NCBI GenBank assembly: GCA_900617105.1
Contig: UYFQ01000023.1
Location: 186,001 to 250,000 of the forward strand
Direction: 5' to 3'
Source: Hydrurus foetidus
Lineage: Eukaryota
DNA: 64,000 nt
A program made the translations under genes and the position numbers. The notes under the pieces were generated by a model that saw nothing but the letters and a program-made list of their open reading frames with translations, ran no database searches and was not told where the DNA came from. This document shows, piece after piece, positions 19,190-29,103 of the stretch. Numbering within the stretch: the stretch's first letter is position 1; every line of letters starts with the position of its first letter.

Positions 19190-20038
19190 TTAACCCGCCT
19201 GCATCCGCAAACGGCGAGCGGCTTCTTCGTCGCGGGCATCGCCAATCTCGCGCAACACGCCGCCCATGTCCACCGGGCCGGCTTTGCGTTTGAACTGGCC
19301 GGTCAGCACGGTGTCCACACTCAAAATGCCACGTTGGTACAAATCCCAAATTTCGGGGCCGTAGTGGGTGGGCAGCAGTACGGGGGCAAAGTTGCCGAAG
19401 AAATTGCGCAGGTTTTCCACGTCGCGCAGCAGCATCCGCTGGGCGTGGTTGTTGCCCGCAGCGTCCACGGCTTGGGGCAGGTCGATGATGACGGGGCCGT
19501 CGGCGGCCAGCAGGATGTTGAATTCGGACAAATCGCCGTGGACGATGCCTGCCCCCACCAGCATCCGCACCACTTCTTTGAGCAAGGTGGCGTGGTGGGC
19601 GATGGCCTGTTCGGGGGTCAGCACCACGTCGTTCAGGCGCGGGGCTGCGTCGCCGTGTTCGTCGGTGACGAGTTCCATCAGCAGCACGCCATCGCAAAAG
19701 TTATACGGTTTGGGCACCCGCACACCGGCACCCGCGAGGCGGTAGAGGGCATCTACCTCGGCGCTTTGCCATGCGGCCTCTTGGGATTCGCGGCCAAACT
19801 TGCTGCCTTTGGCCATCGCGCGGGCTTGGCGGGTGTTTTTGACCTTGCGGTTTTCGGTGTAGTCCACGGCTTGTCGAAAGCTGCGGTGGGTGGCTTCTTT
19901 GTAGATTTTGGCGCAACGGGTGTCATCGCCGCAGCGCACCACGTAGACCATGGCTTCTTTGCCGCTCATAAGCTGGCGCACCACGGTGTCGATCAGCCCT
20001 TCTTCGATCAGGGATTGCAGTCTTGGAGGTGGTTTCAT
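19190..20038 (-). CDS. RIO1-family protein kinase
   Basis: SGKEA, AKIYK, HGDLSEFNIL, IIDLPQ. Confidence 0.92.
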   Translation of the reverse strand: MKPPPRLQSLIEEGLIDTVVRQLMSGKEAMVYVVRCGDDTRCAKIYKEATHRSFRQAVDYTENRKVKNTRQARAMAKGSKFGRESQEAAWQSAEVDALYRLAGAGVRVPKPYNFCDGVLLMELVTDEHGDAAPRLNDVVLTPEQAIAHHATLLKEVVRMLVGAGIVHGDLSEFNILLAADGPVIIDLPQAVDAAGNNHAQRMLLRDVENLRNFFGNFAPVLLPTHYGPEIWDLYQRGILSVDTVLTGQFKRKAGPVDMGGVLREIGDARDEEAARRLRMQAG

Positions 20039-20071
20039 AGGGGATATTTTGCACTGTAGCCAAGGTGGTGT

Positions 20072-21007
20072 TCAAAGGGGTACCGATGCGCGATGGGAAG
20101 CCTGCTCGGTAATCATCGCCATCAAGCGTTGCGCCGCTGGCGATGGGGTGCGCCCGGCAAGTTGCACGATGGCGCAGCTCAGCCGCATCGCTTCTGGCGG
20201 GGGCATGGGCAGCAGGTACCCCCCCAGATCCACCACGGTGCCAGCAAGCAGATCCGCCTGCAACCACGCCCCCCAGGTGAACAGCAAGGTGTCGCTGCTC
20301 AGGGTGGCTTCGCGCAACAAATCCAGGTTGTCACAGCTCAGCGCCAAGGGCAAAGCACCACCAGGGGCCACGCCGCACAGGGTGCGCAAGCCATCGGCGA
20401 TGAAATCGGCCATTTGCACGATGGCCCAAGGGAATTGGAGCAAATCGTGCGGATGCGGAGACCTGTCCAGTAGCACCAAAGGATGGCTGGCGCGGCAGTA
20501 AACGGATGCAGGCTCTGGGGGCAACGGGGTCACGGCAAAGCGTGGGTCGTGCGCCAAAGCACCAGGGTAGGCGACAAAGAACTCAATGCTTTCTTGCGTC
20601 AAATGCGTCAGCAGCACCTGCCATTGGCTGACCTCCACCTGCACTTGCAAGCCGGGGCTGCGCTGGCGCAAAGCAGGCAGTACACCGCGCAGCACCCCAC
20701 CCACAGCCATCAGGCTGGCACCGAAGTGCAATTCACCGCCTTGCGCGTTGGCCCAAAACTGGGCATCGCGGGTTAAATCTTGGGCACGGGCCAGCAGCTC
20801 GCGGGCACGCGCCACCATGAGCCGCCCCGTGGCCGTCACCTGCACAGAGCGGGTATCGCGGTCGAATAAGCGCATTCCAAAATCTTGCTCCAGCGCTTGA
20901 ATGCTGCGGCTGAAGGCGGTTTGCGAGAGATGGGCACGCTCAGAGGCCCGCGAAAAGCTCAGCTCATCGGCCAGCAGCACCAAGTGTTGAAGGTGTTTCA
21001 GGTTCAT
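20072..21007 (-). CDS. LysR-family regulator
   Basis: N-terminal LysR HTH (SFSRASERAHLSQTAFSRSIQALE); divergent from the amidohydrolase. Confidence 0.92.
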   Translation of the reverse strand: MNLKHLQHLVLLADELSFSRASERAHLSQTAFSRSIQALEQDFGMRLFDRDTRSVQVTATGRLMVARARELLARAQDLTRDAQFWANAQGGELHFGASLMAVGGVLRGVLPALRQRSPGLQVQVEVSQWQVLLTHLTQESIEFFVAYPGALAHDPRFAVTPLPPEPASVYCRASHPLVLLDRSPHPHDLLQFPWAIVQMADFIADGLRTLCGVAPGGALPLALSCDNLDLLREATLSSDTLLFTWGAWLQADLLAGTVVDLGGYLLPMPPPEAMRLSCAIVQLAGRTPSPAAQRLMAMITEQASHRASVPL

Positions 21008-21113
21008 TAACGCACTTTATGCATAAATATGAATCCAATTATGCATTGGACGACTAACTTGGAACGGTAAATACTGCACTTTCCCGCGAGTTCATCACCT
21101 GGAGACAATCCCC

Positions 21114-22913
21114 ATGCACGTTAAAACCCACAAAACCAAAATCTCAGTCAGCGCCGTAAGTGCCGTAAGTGTCGTATTGGCCTTGACCAGCGCACTGGCC
21201 CTGGCCCACAACGACGCAGCACCCCAAGCCAAATGCGCTCAACTGACGGTGTTCACTGCCAAAAAGTTTTACACCATGAACCCTGGACACCCCGAGGCAC
21301 GTGCGGTGGCGGTGTGCAACGAGCGCATCGTCGCCCTGGGCGACTCGCTGGACGATTTGAAGGACTGGACGAGCCGCATCCCCACCAACGTAGACACCCG
21401 TTTTGCCGACAAAACCGTGTTCCCCGGCTTCATCGAAGCCCACTCGCACCCGCTGCTGGGGGCGATCACCGCCAACTTACCCGCCATCGCCTCGCTGGAC
21501 ACGGTGCAGGCCTACGGCCCTGACATTCAAGGCGTCAAAAGCGAAGCCGAAGCCTTCGCACGAATGCGCAAGTACGAAGCGGAAGCTAAAGACCCCAGCA
21601 CACCGCTGCTGATTTGGGGCTGGGACGTGCCCGCCATGGGCCGCCACCTGACGCGCCATGATTTGGACAAAATTTCCACCACCCGCCCGCTGCTGGTGTG
21701 GGACGCATCCCAGCACCACGGCTACGCGAACAGCGCCACCCTGGCGATGCGCAAAATCCCCAACGACACCAAAATCCCTGGCGTGGGGCGTGACGACAAA
21801 GGTGAATTGAACGGTCAGTTTCTGGGCATTCCCGCCGCCGGCTACGTGATCTTGCCTTTGCTGGGCAGCAAACTCGCCCCCGCTGAGGCCTCGCGCCTGA
21901 TGCGTTGGTTGATCGACCTGAACCGCAAAAATGGAATCACCACCACCACCGACCACTCAATGGGTATCTTCAACATTGATCTGGAAGCCGGGCTGCTCAA
22001 CGCCACGTTCAACAACCCAAATACCCCTCAGCGGCTGATGGCCATCCCTGCGGTGCACTCGTTCATGGCGAAATACGGCGCAGCTGACAAAGCCATCGCC
22101 GCCGTGCACGCTCTGCAAGACAAAAACACCGACAAACTGATGTACCGGGGTGCCAAGTTTTTCACCGATGACAGCTTTAACGGCCTGACCTTCAAGCCCG
22201 GCAGCCCTGGCTACATTGATGGCACCGAAGGCATCTGGGTCACGCCACCCGACAAGCTGCAAGCCTTGCTGGAACCTTGGTGGAAAGACGGCCAGCAGCT
22301 CTTTGTTCACTCGATTGGCGTGGAAGCGCAAGACGCTACGCTGGGTGCGTTACGCGGCTTGCAATCCACATCACCGCGCTCTGACCACCGCTTCACCTTT
22401 GAGCATTTGGGCTTGGCCCGCTATGACCAGATTCGCGCCATGAAAGCACTGGGTGCGAATGCCAACGTCAACGTCTATTACATCTGGTTACGCGGTGAGA
22501 TGTACCCCGGCGTACTCGGCAAAGACCGCGCTGAAGACCTGTCCCCCCTGGGCACCTTGGTGCGTGAAGGCGTGCCCACCACCTTCCATTCAGACTACCC
22601 AGTGGCCCCACCCAAACCGCTGCTGGGCATCACCCTGGCGATGACCCGTGTCGGTCAAAGCGGCAGCAAGACACTGGGCGCACCGCTGGCGATCAACCTG
22701 GAACAAGCGCTGCGCATGGTGACGATTGACGCCGCCTACGTGCTAGGCCTGGACAACAAAATAGGCAGCATCGAGCCGGGTAAGCTGGCCGACTTCACCG
22801 TGCTGGACAAAGACCCGCACAGTGTGAAACCCGCAGCGATCAAAGACATTCCGGTGTGGGGCACCGTGCTGGGCGGGCGAGTGTTCCCGGCGTCGGAGAT
22901 TGCGCCGAAGTAA
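21114..22913 (+). CDS. Secreted metal-dependent amidohydrolase (YtcJ-like)
   Basis: Signal peptide; PGFIEAHSH, HSIG, FEH, HSDYP, GSIEPGKLADF. Confidence 0.88.
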   Translation: MHVKTHKTKISVSAVSAVSVVLALTSALALAHNDAAPQAKCAQLTVFTAKKFYTMNPGHPEARAVAVCNERIVALGDSLDDLKDWTSRIPTNVDTRFADKTVFPGFIEAHSHPLLGAITANLPAIASLDTVQAYGPDIQGVKSEAEAFARMRKYEAEAKDPSTPLLIWGWDVPAMGRHLTRHDLDKISTTRPLLVWDASQHHGYANSATLAMRKIPNDTKIPGVGRDDKGELNGQFLGIPAAGYVILPLLGSKLAPAEASRLMRWLIDLNRKNGITTTTDHSMGIFNIDLEAGLLNATFNNPNTPQRLMAIPAVHSFMAKYGAADKAIAAVHALQDKNTDKLMYRGAKFFTDDSFNGLTFKPGSPGYIDGTEGIWVTPPDKLQALLEPWWKDGQQLFVHSIGVEAQDATLGALRGLQSTSPRSDHRFTFEHLGLARYDQIRAMKALGANANVNVYYIWLRGEMYPGVLGKDRAEDLSPLGTLVREGVPTTFHSDYPVAPPKPLLGITLAMTRVGQSGSKTLGAPLAINLEQALRMVTIDAAYVLGLDNKIGSIEPGKLADFTVLDKDPHSVKPAAIKDIPVWGTVLGGRVFPASEIAPK

Positions 22914-22921
22914 ATGGCGTG

Positions 22922-23833
22922 TCAGGTGGCTGAGGTGGCAGCATCCAAAAATGCAGCAACCAGCTCAAGCTGATCGGGCACATTCAACGCGGGGGCGTGG
23001 CCGCACCCGGCAATCTCGACCACCTGCGTCAAGCCTTTGGCCCCTGGGCCGCGCCGCAGCATGTCATCGGTGGTCTCGCGCAGCACCAGATCCGACGCTG
23101 CCCCGCGCAGGCACAGCACGGGCACGGTGATCGCATCGTAGTGCGACCAAATCAGGTAATCGTCCGGGTGGCTGATGAACTGCTGCACCATCGCCGGGTC
23201 GTAATGCGGGGTCACGCGGCCATCGGGCAGGCGGCGGGTTGAGGTCTCAGCCAAGCGCCGCCATTGGGCATCGGTTAACACGCCGAAAGGTTGGTAAACC
23301 TGCCGGTAGAAGGCCTCTAACTCGGTCACTGTGGCAAACGCTGGCGGGTTGCCCGCGTAAGCGCGTATGCGGGCAATGGCCGCATCGGCCAACTGAGGTG
23401 CGTTGTCGTTGAGCGTGAGGCTTTGGATGCGGGGCTTCAGGCTGGGCTGGAACAACCCAGAAGCGCACACCGTGCCTATCGCCCCGCCCATCGAAGTGCC
23501 CACCCAGTGGGCTTGGCTGATGTTCAATTGATCGAACAACTCAGCGGCGATGCGGGCGTAAAACGACAACTGGTATTCGTTGACCGGATCGCTGCTCCAA
23601 TGGCTCAAACCCCGGCCAATCATGTCGGGGCAGATGACACGGTAGCGGGTGCTGAGGTGGGCGGCGAGTTCGTCGAAATCTCGCCCGGTGCGGGCAAGAC
23701 CATGCCAGGCGACAACCGTTGGCAAGTGCCCAGAACCCCACTCGGTGAAATGAATTTCATGGTCTGCACAGGTCACGTAATGTGAAGTCATAGGTGAAGT
23801 CACAGGGAAAGTCATGTGGGAGGCCATGCTCAT
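22922..23833 (-). CDS. Alpha/beta hydrolase (possibly 3-hydroxybutyrate-oligomer hydrolase-like)
   Basis: HGLARTGRD, GTSMG nucleophile elbow, GHAP; ATGA overlap with the upstream permease (a later Met start is possible). Confidence 0.85.
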   Translation of the reverse strand: MSMASHMTFPVTSPMTSHYVTCADHEIHFTEWGSGHLPTVVAWHGLARTGRDFDELAAHLSTRYRVICPDMIGRGLSHWSSDPVNEYQLSFYARIAAELFDQLNISQAHWVGTSMGGAIGTVCASGLFQPSLKPRIQSLTLNDNAPQLADAAIARIRAYAGNPPAFATVTELEAFYRQVYQPFGVLTDAQWRRLAETSTRRLPDGRVTPHYDPAMVQQFISHPDDYLIWSHYDAITVPVLCLRGAASDLVLRETTDDMLRRGPGAKGLTQVVEIAGCGHAPALNVPDQLELVAAFLDAATSAT

Positions 23834-24900
23834 CGTTGACCTTTCAAAGCACTGGAGCGCAACCGTCCTACGACCCCCGTCGGGAAGTAGTACACCGACA
23901 GCACAAAGAGCACGCCCAGCCACAGCAGCCAGCGGTCTGGTGACAGCAGTGCGGCCAGCCAGGGCAAGGCGCTGGCGGCATCGCTGGCGAGCTTGAGCAC
24001 ATCTTGCAAATAGCTTTGCGCCACCACAAACAGCGCGGCCCCAATGGCTGAGCCGTAAATCGTGCCCATGCCACCAATCACCACAATCAGCAGCACGTCC
24101 ATCATCACCTCGAAGGAAAGCGAGGTGTCCGGCCCGTTGTAACGCAGCCAAAGCGCCAGCATGGCCCCGGCGACGCAGGCGAACAAGGCGGACAGGATGC
24201 TGGACAGCGTGCGGTACACCACCACGCGGTAGCCAATGGCTTCGGCACGGAATTCGTTTTCGCGGATGGCTTGCAGCACGCGGCCAAAGGGGGAATTGAC
24301 GATACGCAGCAGCACCAAAAGCGCCACCAAAGCGACGGAAAACAGCAGGTAGTAGCAAATCAAGCGGCCATCCAGCGCCACGCCCATGAAGCTGCCGCCC
24401 CACTCGAACGCGGGGGTCAGCACCTCGGGTGTTTTGAAATTCAGGCCGTCTTCACCGCCCGTCAAATCAGACAATTGGGCCGCCAGCGATTGAAAGGCAG
24501 AAGCCACTGCCAGCGTGATCATGGCAAAAAAGATAGCACGAACCCTCAGCGAGAAAAGCCCAATCGCCAAAGAAAGCACCAAAGACAATGCCAATGCACC
24601 TGCCAGCCCAGCCGCCACAGCGCCCCAGGTTGGCCCCATGTGGGTACAGGCGATGGCGATGCCGTAAGCACCTATGCCAAAGAACATAGTGTGGGCAAAG
24701 CTGACGATGCCGGTGTAACCCAGCAGCAAATCAAAACTGGCTACCAACACCACAAACACCAGCACCTTGGCGGCCACGCTGAGCGCTTTGACACCGGGGA
24801 ACAGGAAGGGTGCGAAGGCCAGCACCAGCAGCAGCGCCACCAGCACCACGGCCAGCACCTTGCTGCGGGGGAAATCGTTAGAGAGAAGTCTGTTGAGCAT
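23830..24900 (-). CDS. Liv-type ABC transporter permease (LivM-like)
   Basis: GYTGIVSFAH, TGGEDG, SPFGRVLQAIRENE. Confidence 0.9.
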   Translation of the reverse strand: MLNRLLSNDFPRSKVLAVVLVALLLVLAFAPFLFPGVKALSVAAKVLVFVVLVASFDLLLGYTGIVSFAHTMFFGIGAYGIAIACTHMGPTWGAVAAGLAGALALSLVLSLAIGLFSLRVRAIFFAMITLAVASAFQSLAAQLSDLTGGEDGLNFKTPEVLTPAFEWGGSFMGVALDGRLICYYLLFSVALVALLVLLRIVNSPFGRVLQAIRENEFRAEAIGYRVVVYRTLSSILSALFACVAGAMLALWLRYNGPDTSLSFEVMMDVLLIVVIGGMGTIYGSAIGAALFVVAQSYLQDVLKLASDAASALPWLAALLSPDRWLLWLGVLFVLSVYYFPTGVVGRLRSSALKGQR

Positions 24901-24911
24901 AGATTTCCCCT

Positions 24912-25916
24912 TTAACGGTTCGCCACGGGGTACACCCCCTGTGGCCGCCACAGCAGCACGGCCACCATCAGGCCGATGCTGGAAAACATAGCTGCCTTGG
25001 GCACCAGAAACCCGGTGTAGTTGGACATCAACCCCACCAGCAGCGCCCCAATCAATGCTCCACCCGTAGAACCCAGCCCCCCAATGATGATGACGATGAA
25101 AATCAGCACGTTCACCTGCGCGCCGAGTTGCGGAATCACGTTTTGCTGGAACAGCCCCCACATCACGCCGCCCAAACCGGCCAAGGCGCTGCCCACGACG
25201 AACACCCCGATGAACAAGCGGCGGATGCGGTAGCCCAGGGATTCGACCATCTCACGGTCTTGCACACCAGCGCGTATCAGCAGGCCGATTTTGGTGCGCG
25301 ACAGCACCCAGGCCAGCACGGCAAACACCACCAAACCCACAGCCACCGCGAGCAAGCGGTATTTGCCGATGGCGGCATCGCCGAGCAGGATGGAACCCCG
25401 CAGCGCGGTAGGCAATTCCAGCGGGATCTGCTGCGGCCCCCAGACCACTTTAATCAGCTCTTCCCCAATGATCATGCCGCCCATCGTGATGAGAATTTGC
25501 TTCAAATGCTGGCCGTACACCGGGCGCACGATGAAGCGCTCGAACGCCAACCCGATAGCGCCAGTCACGGCCATCGCCACCAGCATCGCGGGCAGCACGG
25601 CCAGCAGGTTGCGCCAGAGTTGGTCAGAGGCCGTCCAGTCGCTCATCGCGCCCAGCACGCTGGTGGCCACAAAAGCACCGACGGCGATGAACACACCGTG
25701 GCCAAAATTCAGCACGTCCATCAGGCCAAACACCAGCGTGAGGCCCGAGGCGATGACGAAAATAATCATGCCCATCGCCAAGCCTGCGACGGTCAATGTC
25801 AACCAGGTGGAACCTGAGCCAATCAGCGGCAAAGCGATCAACGCCAACACCGGCACCAAGGCCAGCGGCTTCCAATCGAAGTCTTTTTTCAAGTTTTTGT
25901 CCATCAATGTGCTCAC
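24912..25916 (-). CDS. Liv-type ABC transporter permease (LivH-like)
   Basis: GLTLVFGLMDVLNFGHG, IIGGLGS, WRPQG. Confidence 0.9.
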   Translation of the reverse strand: MSTLMDKNLKKDFDWKPLALVPVLALIALPLIGSGSTWLTLTVAGLAMGMIIFVIASGLTLVFGLMDVLNFGHGVFIAVGAFVATSVLGAMSDWTASDQLWRNLLAVLPAMLVAMAVTGAIGLAFERFIVRPVYGQHLKQILITMGGMIIGEELIKVVWGPQQIPLELPTALRGSILLGDAAIGKYRLLAVAVGLVVFAVLAWVLSRTKIGLLIRAGVQDREMVESLGYRIRRLFIGVFVVGSALAGLGGVMWGLFQQNVIPQLGAQVNVLIFIVIIIGGLGSTGGALIGALLVGLMSNYTGFLVPKAAMFSSIGLMVAVLLWRPQGVYPVANR

Positions 25917-26656
25917 AGTGCCAGCCCCAGCAGCGATTGCTGCAAGGCCGTGTCTTCGGCCAGCGCCTGCATGGAACCCGCATGCACCACGCGCCCGTTG
26001 TCCATCACCGCCACGCTGTCGCCCAGGCGTTTGGCGAAGTTCAGGTTTTGCTCGACCAGCAAAATGGTGGTGCCGGTGGCTTTGAGTTGGGCGAAAGCGT
26101 CGATCATGTTGTTGATGATGGCGGGCGCAAGCCCCTTACTGGGTTCGTCCACGATGAGCAAAGCGCGGGGTTCGACGATGGCACGCGCCACGGCGACCAT
26201 CTGCTTTTGCCCGCCGGACAGCTTACCTGCGGGATGGTTCCAAAACTTCTCAACGGGGGGGAACAGCGAGAAGATCCACTTCAGGCGCTGCTCGTCCATG
26301 TCCGCTGCACGCTTGGCGCTGCGGGCCGCGAGCAGCATGTTCTCTTTGACGGTGAGGTCAGCAAAGATGCCCATCGTTTCAGGCACATACGCAATGCCCA
26401 GCTCGGCGATCTCGGGTGTGGTGCGGTGGGTGATGTCCAGCGGGGTGCTGCCGCCCTGCCCTGCAAACTGCACACGGCCTTGAGACGCTTGCCACAAGCC
26501 CATGATGGTGCGCAGCGTGGTGGTTTTACCGGCACCGTTGCGGCCCAGCAGCATGGTCAATTGGCCCTTGGGAATGACCAAATCCACGCCGTGGAGGATG
26601 TGGTACGCGCCAATGTGGGTGTGAACGCCGCTGAGCGTCAACAGGTTCTCGCTCAT
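25913..26656 (-). CDS. ABC transporter ATP-binding protein (LivF-like)
   Basis: GRNGAGKT, LSGGQ, DEPS, VEQN. Confidence 0.92.
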   Translation of the reverse strand: MSENLLTLSGVHTHIGAYHILHGVDLVIPKGQLTMLLGRNGAGKTTTLRTIMGLWQASQGRVQFAGQGGSTPLDITHRTTPEIAELGIAYVPETMGIFADLTVKENMLLAARSAKRAADMDEQRLKWIFSLFPPVEKFWNHPAGKLSGGQKQMVAVARAIVEPRALLIVDEPSKGLAPAIINNMIDAFAQLKATGTTILLVEQNLNFAKRLGDSVAVMDNGRVVHAGSMQALAEDTALQQSLLGLAL

Positions 26657-27444
26657 GCGGCCTCCTTCGCGGTGTCTTTGTTGCCTTCTTTGTCTGCGGG
26701 GGTGATGCCCAAATACGCCTCTTGCACCACCGGAGAAGCGATCACCGCTGCGGGTTCGCCATCGGCCACCAGCGTGCCGTTGGTCAGCACGATGATGCGG
26801 TCAGCGAGTTCGCGCACCACGTCCATCTTGTGTTCGACCAGCAAAATGATTTTGCTTTTATCCGCTTTGAGTTTGCGAATCAGGTTGAGGATGACGGGGG
26901 CTTCGTCGGCGCTCATGCCCGCCGTGGGTTCGTCGAACATGAACACCTGCGGCTCCAACGCCATCAGCAAGGCGACTTCGAGCTTGCGCTGGTCGCCGTG
27001 CGGCAGGCTGGCCACCGGCGATTCGGCTTTGTCCAGCATAGCCACCTCGTCCAGGATGGCGCGGGCACGCTCTAGCACGCCGGTGTGATCGCTCCAAATG
27101 CTGCTCAACCGCAGGCCCAACTTGTGGCTGCCCGTGGCCTGTACGGCGAGGCGCACGTTTTCCAGCACGCTGAGATTGGGAAACAGGTTGGTCAACTGGA
27201 ACGCCCGCCCCAGCCCCGCATGGGTGCGCTCAGAGGCCGACAGCCCCGTCAGCACACGGCCATTCAAGGTGACGGTGCCTGCACTGGCTTTGATTTGGCC
27301 TGAAATTAGGTTGAAATAAGTCGTCTTGCCTGCGCCGTTGGGGCCGACGATGGCGGTGAGCGTGCCCGGCGCAAACGCGCAAGAGACAGCATTCACCGCC
27401 ACGTGTCCGCCGAAGCGAACTGTTAAATCTTGGGTTTGGAGCAT
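26653..27444 (-). CDS. ABC transporter ATP-binding protein (LivG-like)
   Basis: GPNGAGKT, LPHGDQR, DEPT, VEH. Confidence 0.92.
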   Translation of the reverse strand: MLQTQDLTVRFGGHVAVNAVSCAFAPGTLTAIVGPNGAGKTTYFNLISGQIKASAGTVTLNGRVLTGLSASERTHAGLGRAFQLTNLFPNLSVLENVRLAVQATGSHKLGLRLSSIWSDHTGVLERARAILDEVAMLDKAESPVASLPHGDQRKLEVALLMALEPQVFMFDEPTAGMSADEAPVILNLIRKLKADKSKIILLVEHKMDVVRELADRIIVLTNGTLVADGEPAAVIASPVVQEAYLGITPADKEGNKDTAKEAA

Positions 27445-27511
27445 GGTTTATGGGCGTAGCGTCAAGCCAGGGGCGATTCAAAGTGAGGGGGTTGAAGCCA
27501 CGCAGGTGGTA

Positions 27512-27751
27512 GCAGTTTTGGGGGTCGGATCCCAATATGACCGCGAAGCGCCCGCAGGGATGCCCAAAGGGCAGGTCATTTTGGGCTCTGACCCCCAAAA
27601 CTGCGGGTTTGCTGTGGTGTGCTCAAGACCTGCGCGGAGTGGCACCGGTTTATTGGGGTCAGAGTCCAAAATCCACCACCTTCGGTGTCCCTACGGGTGC
27701 TTCGCATGGATATTGGAATCCGACCCCAAAAAACCTGCACCTTGCCCGAAT
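27512..27751. repeat. REP/REPIN-like element: two inverted ~93-bp hairpin units
   Basis: Unit 1 27512-27604 and unit 2 27646-27738, each with GGGGTC(G/A)GA...TC(T/C)GACCCC arms; near-identical inverted copy at 41292-41468. Confidence 0.85.
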
Positions 27752-28941
27752 TACCGCTTATTGCGAATCGGCACGTCCATCTCTTCCGCCTTGATCTCCC
27801 GCACCAGCTCAGGCACGCCCCAGGCAAACGCGGGGTCTACCTTGATCTTGAAGTGGTACATGCTCTGCATGGCCTGATGGTCTTCTTTGCGGAAAGTCAT
27901 CTTGCCCTTGGGCGTGTCAAAACTCATGCCTTCCATCGTTTTGATGAGGGTGTCGGTGTTGGTGTCACCCTTGGTGTTTTTCAGCGCCGTCACCACAGCC
28001 ATGGCCGCTGAGAAGCCACCGGCGGTGAAGAAATCTGGCGGGGTTTTGAACTGCTGGTAATGCCGGGCCACCAGGGCTTCGTTCACGGGATTTTTAGGAA
28101 TACCGAAGTAGTAGTACGTCGCGCCTTCCATGCCGGGGAAGTTTTTGTACGCTGCCATCGCGGGCAAGATGTTGCCGCCGGTGACGATCTCAATGCCGTA
28201 GCGCTTCAAGTCCATGTCCGCGATCTTGAACGGATTGCCCGCACCGGCCCAAATGATCCAGATGACTTTCTTGCCGGGCAGGTCTTTGAGCTTGTCGATC
28301 AGGCGCTGGGCACCGGCGGTGAAATCGGTGGTGGCCGCTGGCAGGTACTCTTCATGGACGATTTTGGCTTTCTTCACCGCGTCTTTGAAGGCTTTCACGC
28401 CATCACGGCCAAAGGCGGTGTCTTGGCCCAAAGTGGCGATGCTGACACCGGCTTTGTCTTGCGCCACGGCATTGGAGATGGCGTCTTGCGAGCTGTTACG
28501 GCCCGTGCGGAAGATGTACTTGTTCCACTTGTCGCCCGTGATGGCATCGGCCACGGCAGGCTCTACCAGCAAAATCTTTTTGTATTCCTCAGCCACAGGC
28601 AACATCGCCAACGCCACGCCAGAGGAGGTAGGGCCAACGGCAATATCGGCCTTGTCATCCGAATACGCCGCCGCGAGCTGGGCTTTGCCCACATCAGGCT
28701 TGCCTTGGCTGTCCCGCTCAATCACCTTGATCTTTTTGCCAGCCACCTCCATCGTCCCACCCGTTGCGTAGTCCAGACCCAGCATGAACCCGGTTTGGGT
28801 CTGCTTGGCATAGGCTTCCAGCGCACCGGTCTTGTCATAGACGTGGGCAATGCGGATTTCTTTGGCTTGCCCGAAGGCGGCGAAGGACGAGAACGTGGCG
28901 ACAGCGGTGGTGGCGAGGGCGACCCAGGTACGACGATGCAT
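27751..28941 (-). CDS. ABC transporter substrate-binding protein (Liv family)
   Basis: Signal peptide MHRRTW..., periplasmic binding protein features, GGAG SD. Confidence 0.9.
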   Translation of the reverse strand: MHRRTWVALATTAVATFSSFAAFGQAKEIRIAHVYDKTGALEAYAKQTQTGFMLGLDYATGGTMEVAGKKIKVIERDSQGKPDVGKAQLAAAYSDDKADIAVGPTSSGVALAMLPVAEEYKKILLVEPAVADAITGDKWNKYIFRTGRNSSQDAISNAVAQDKAGVSIATLGQDTAFGRDGVKAFKDAVKKAKIVHEEYLPAATTDFTAGAQRLIDKLKDLPGKKVIWIIWAGAGNPFKIADMDLKRYGIEIVTGGNILPAMAAYKNFPGMEGATYYYFGIPKNPVNEALVARHYQQFKTPPDFFTAGGFSAAMAVVTALKNTKGDTNTDTLIKTMEGMSFDTPKGKMTFRKEDHQAMQSMYHFKIKVDPAFAWGVPELVREIKAEEMDVPIRNKR

Positions 28942-28980
28942 GGTTTTGTCTCCAAATGGTTTTACGGGATGCCATCGTAT

Positions 28981-28996
28981 TGCATGGGACGTGCCA
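28981..28996 (-). promoter_or_regulatory. Sigma-54 promoter (-24/-12)
   Basis: Minus strand TGGCACGTCCCATGCA (GG-N10-GC) 40 bp upstream of the SBP gene; adjacent sigma-54 activator gene. Confidence 0.8.
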
Positions 28997-29011
28997 GCGT
29001 GGGGAATCTTG

Positions 29012-29024
29012 TAAGTGCTTGATT
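29012..29024 (-). promoter_or_regulatory. IHF binding site
   Basis: AATCAAGCACTTA matches WATCAANNNNTTR, between the promoter and the candidate UAS. Confidence 0.65.
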
Positions 29025-29080
29025 TGATTGAGGGTGATTGCAATCATCAAAACACAGATGCCCAATAATCGAACAATATA

Positions 29081-29097
29081 TGTCTAATAATTAAACA
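29081..29097. promoter_or_regulatory. Candidate enhancer (UAS) for the sigma-54 activator
   Basis: TGTCTAATAATTAAACA, a TGT-N11-ACA palindrome about 100 bp upstream of the promoter. Confidence 0.55.
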
Positions 29098-29103
29098 TAT
29101 TGC

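Noticed and set aside
25796..27088. Long antisense or shadow ORFs (also 49626-50909, 35650-36678, 28060-29022, 60920-61861)
   Set aside because: They lie opposite well-supported genes, as expected from GC-rich codon bias
27512..27751. Possible CRISPR array or small ORFs in the repeat regions (also 41292-41468)
   Set aside because: Repeats are inverted hairpins without unique spacers and no cas genes are present; the ORFs (GSESK/ESDPK) are translations of the repeat
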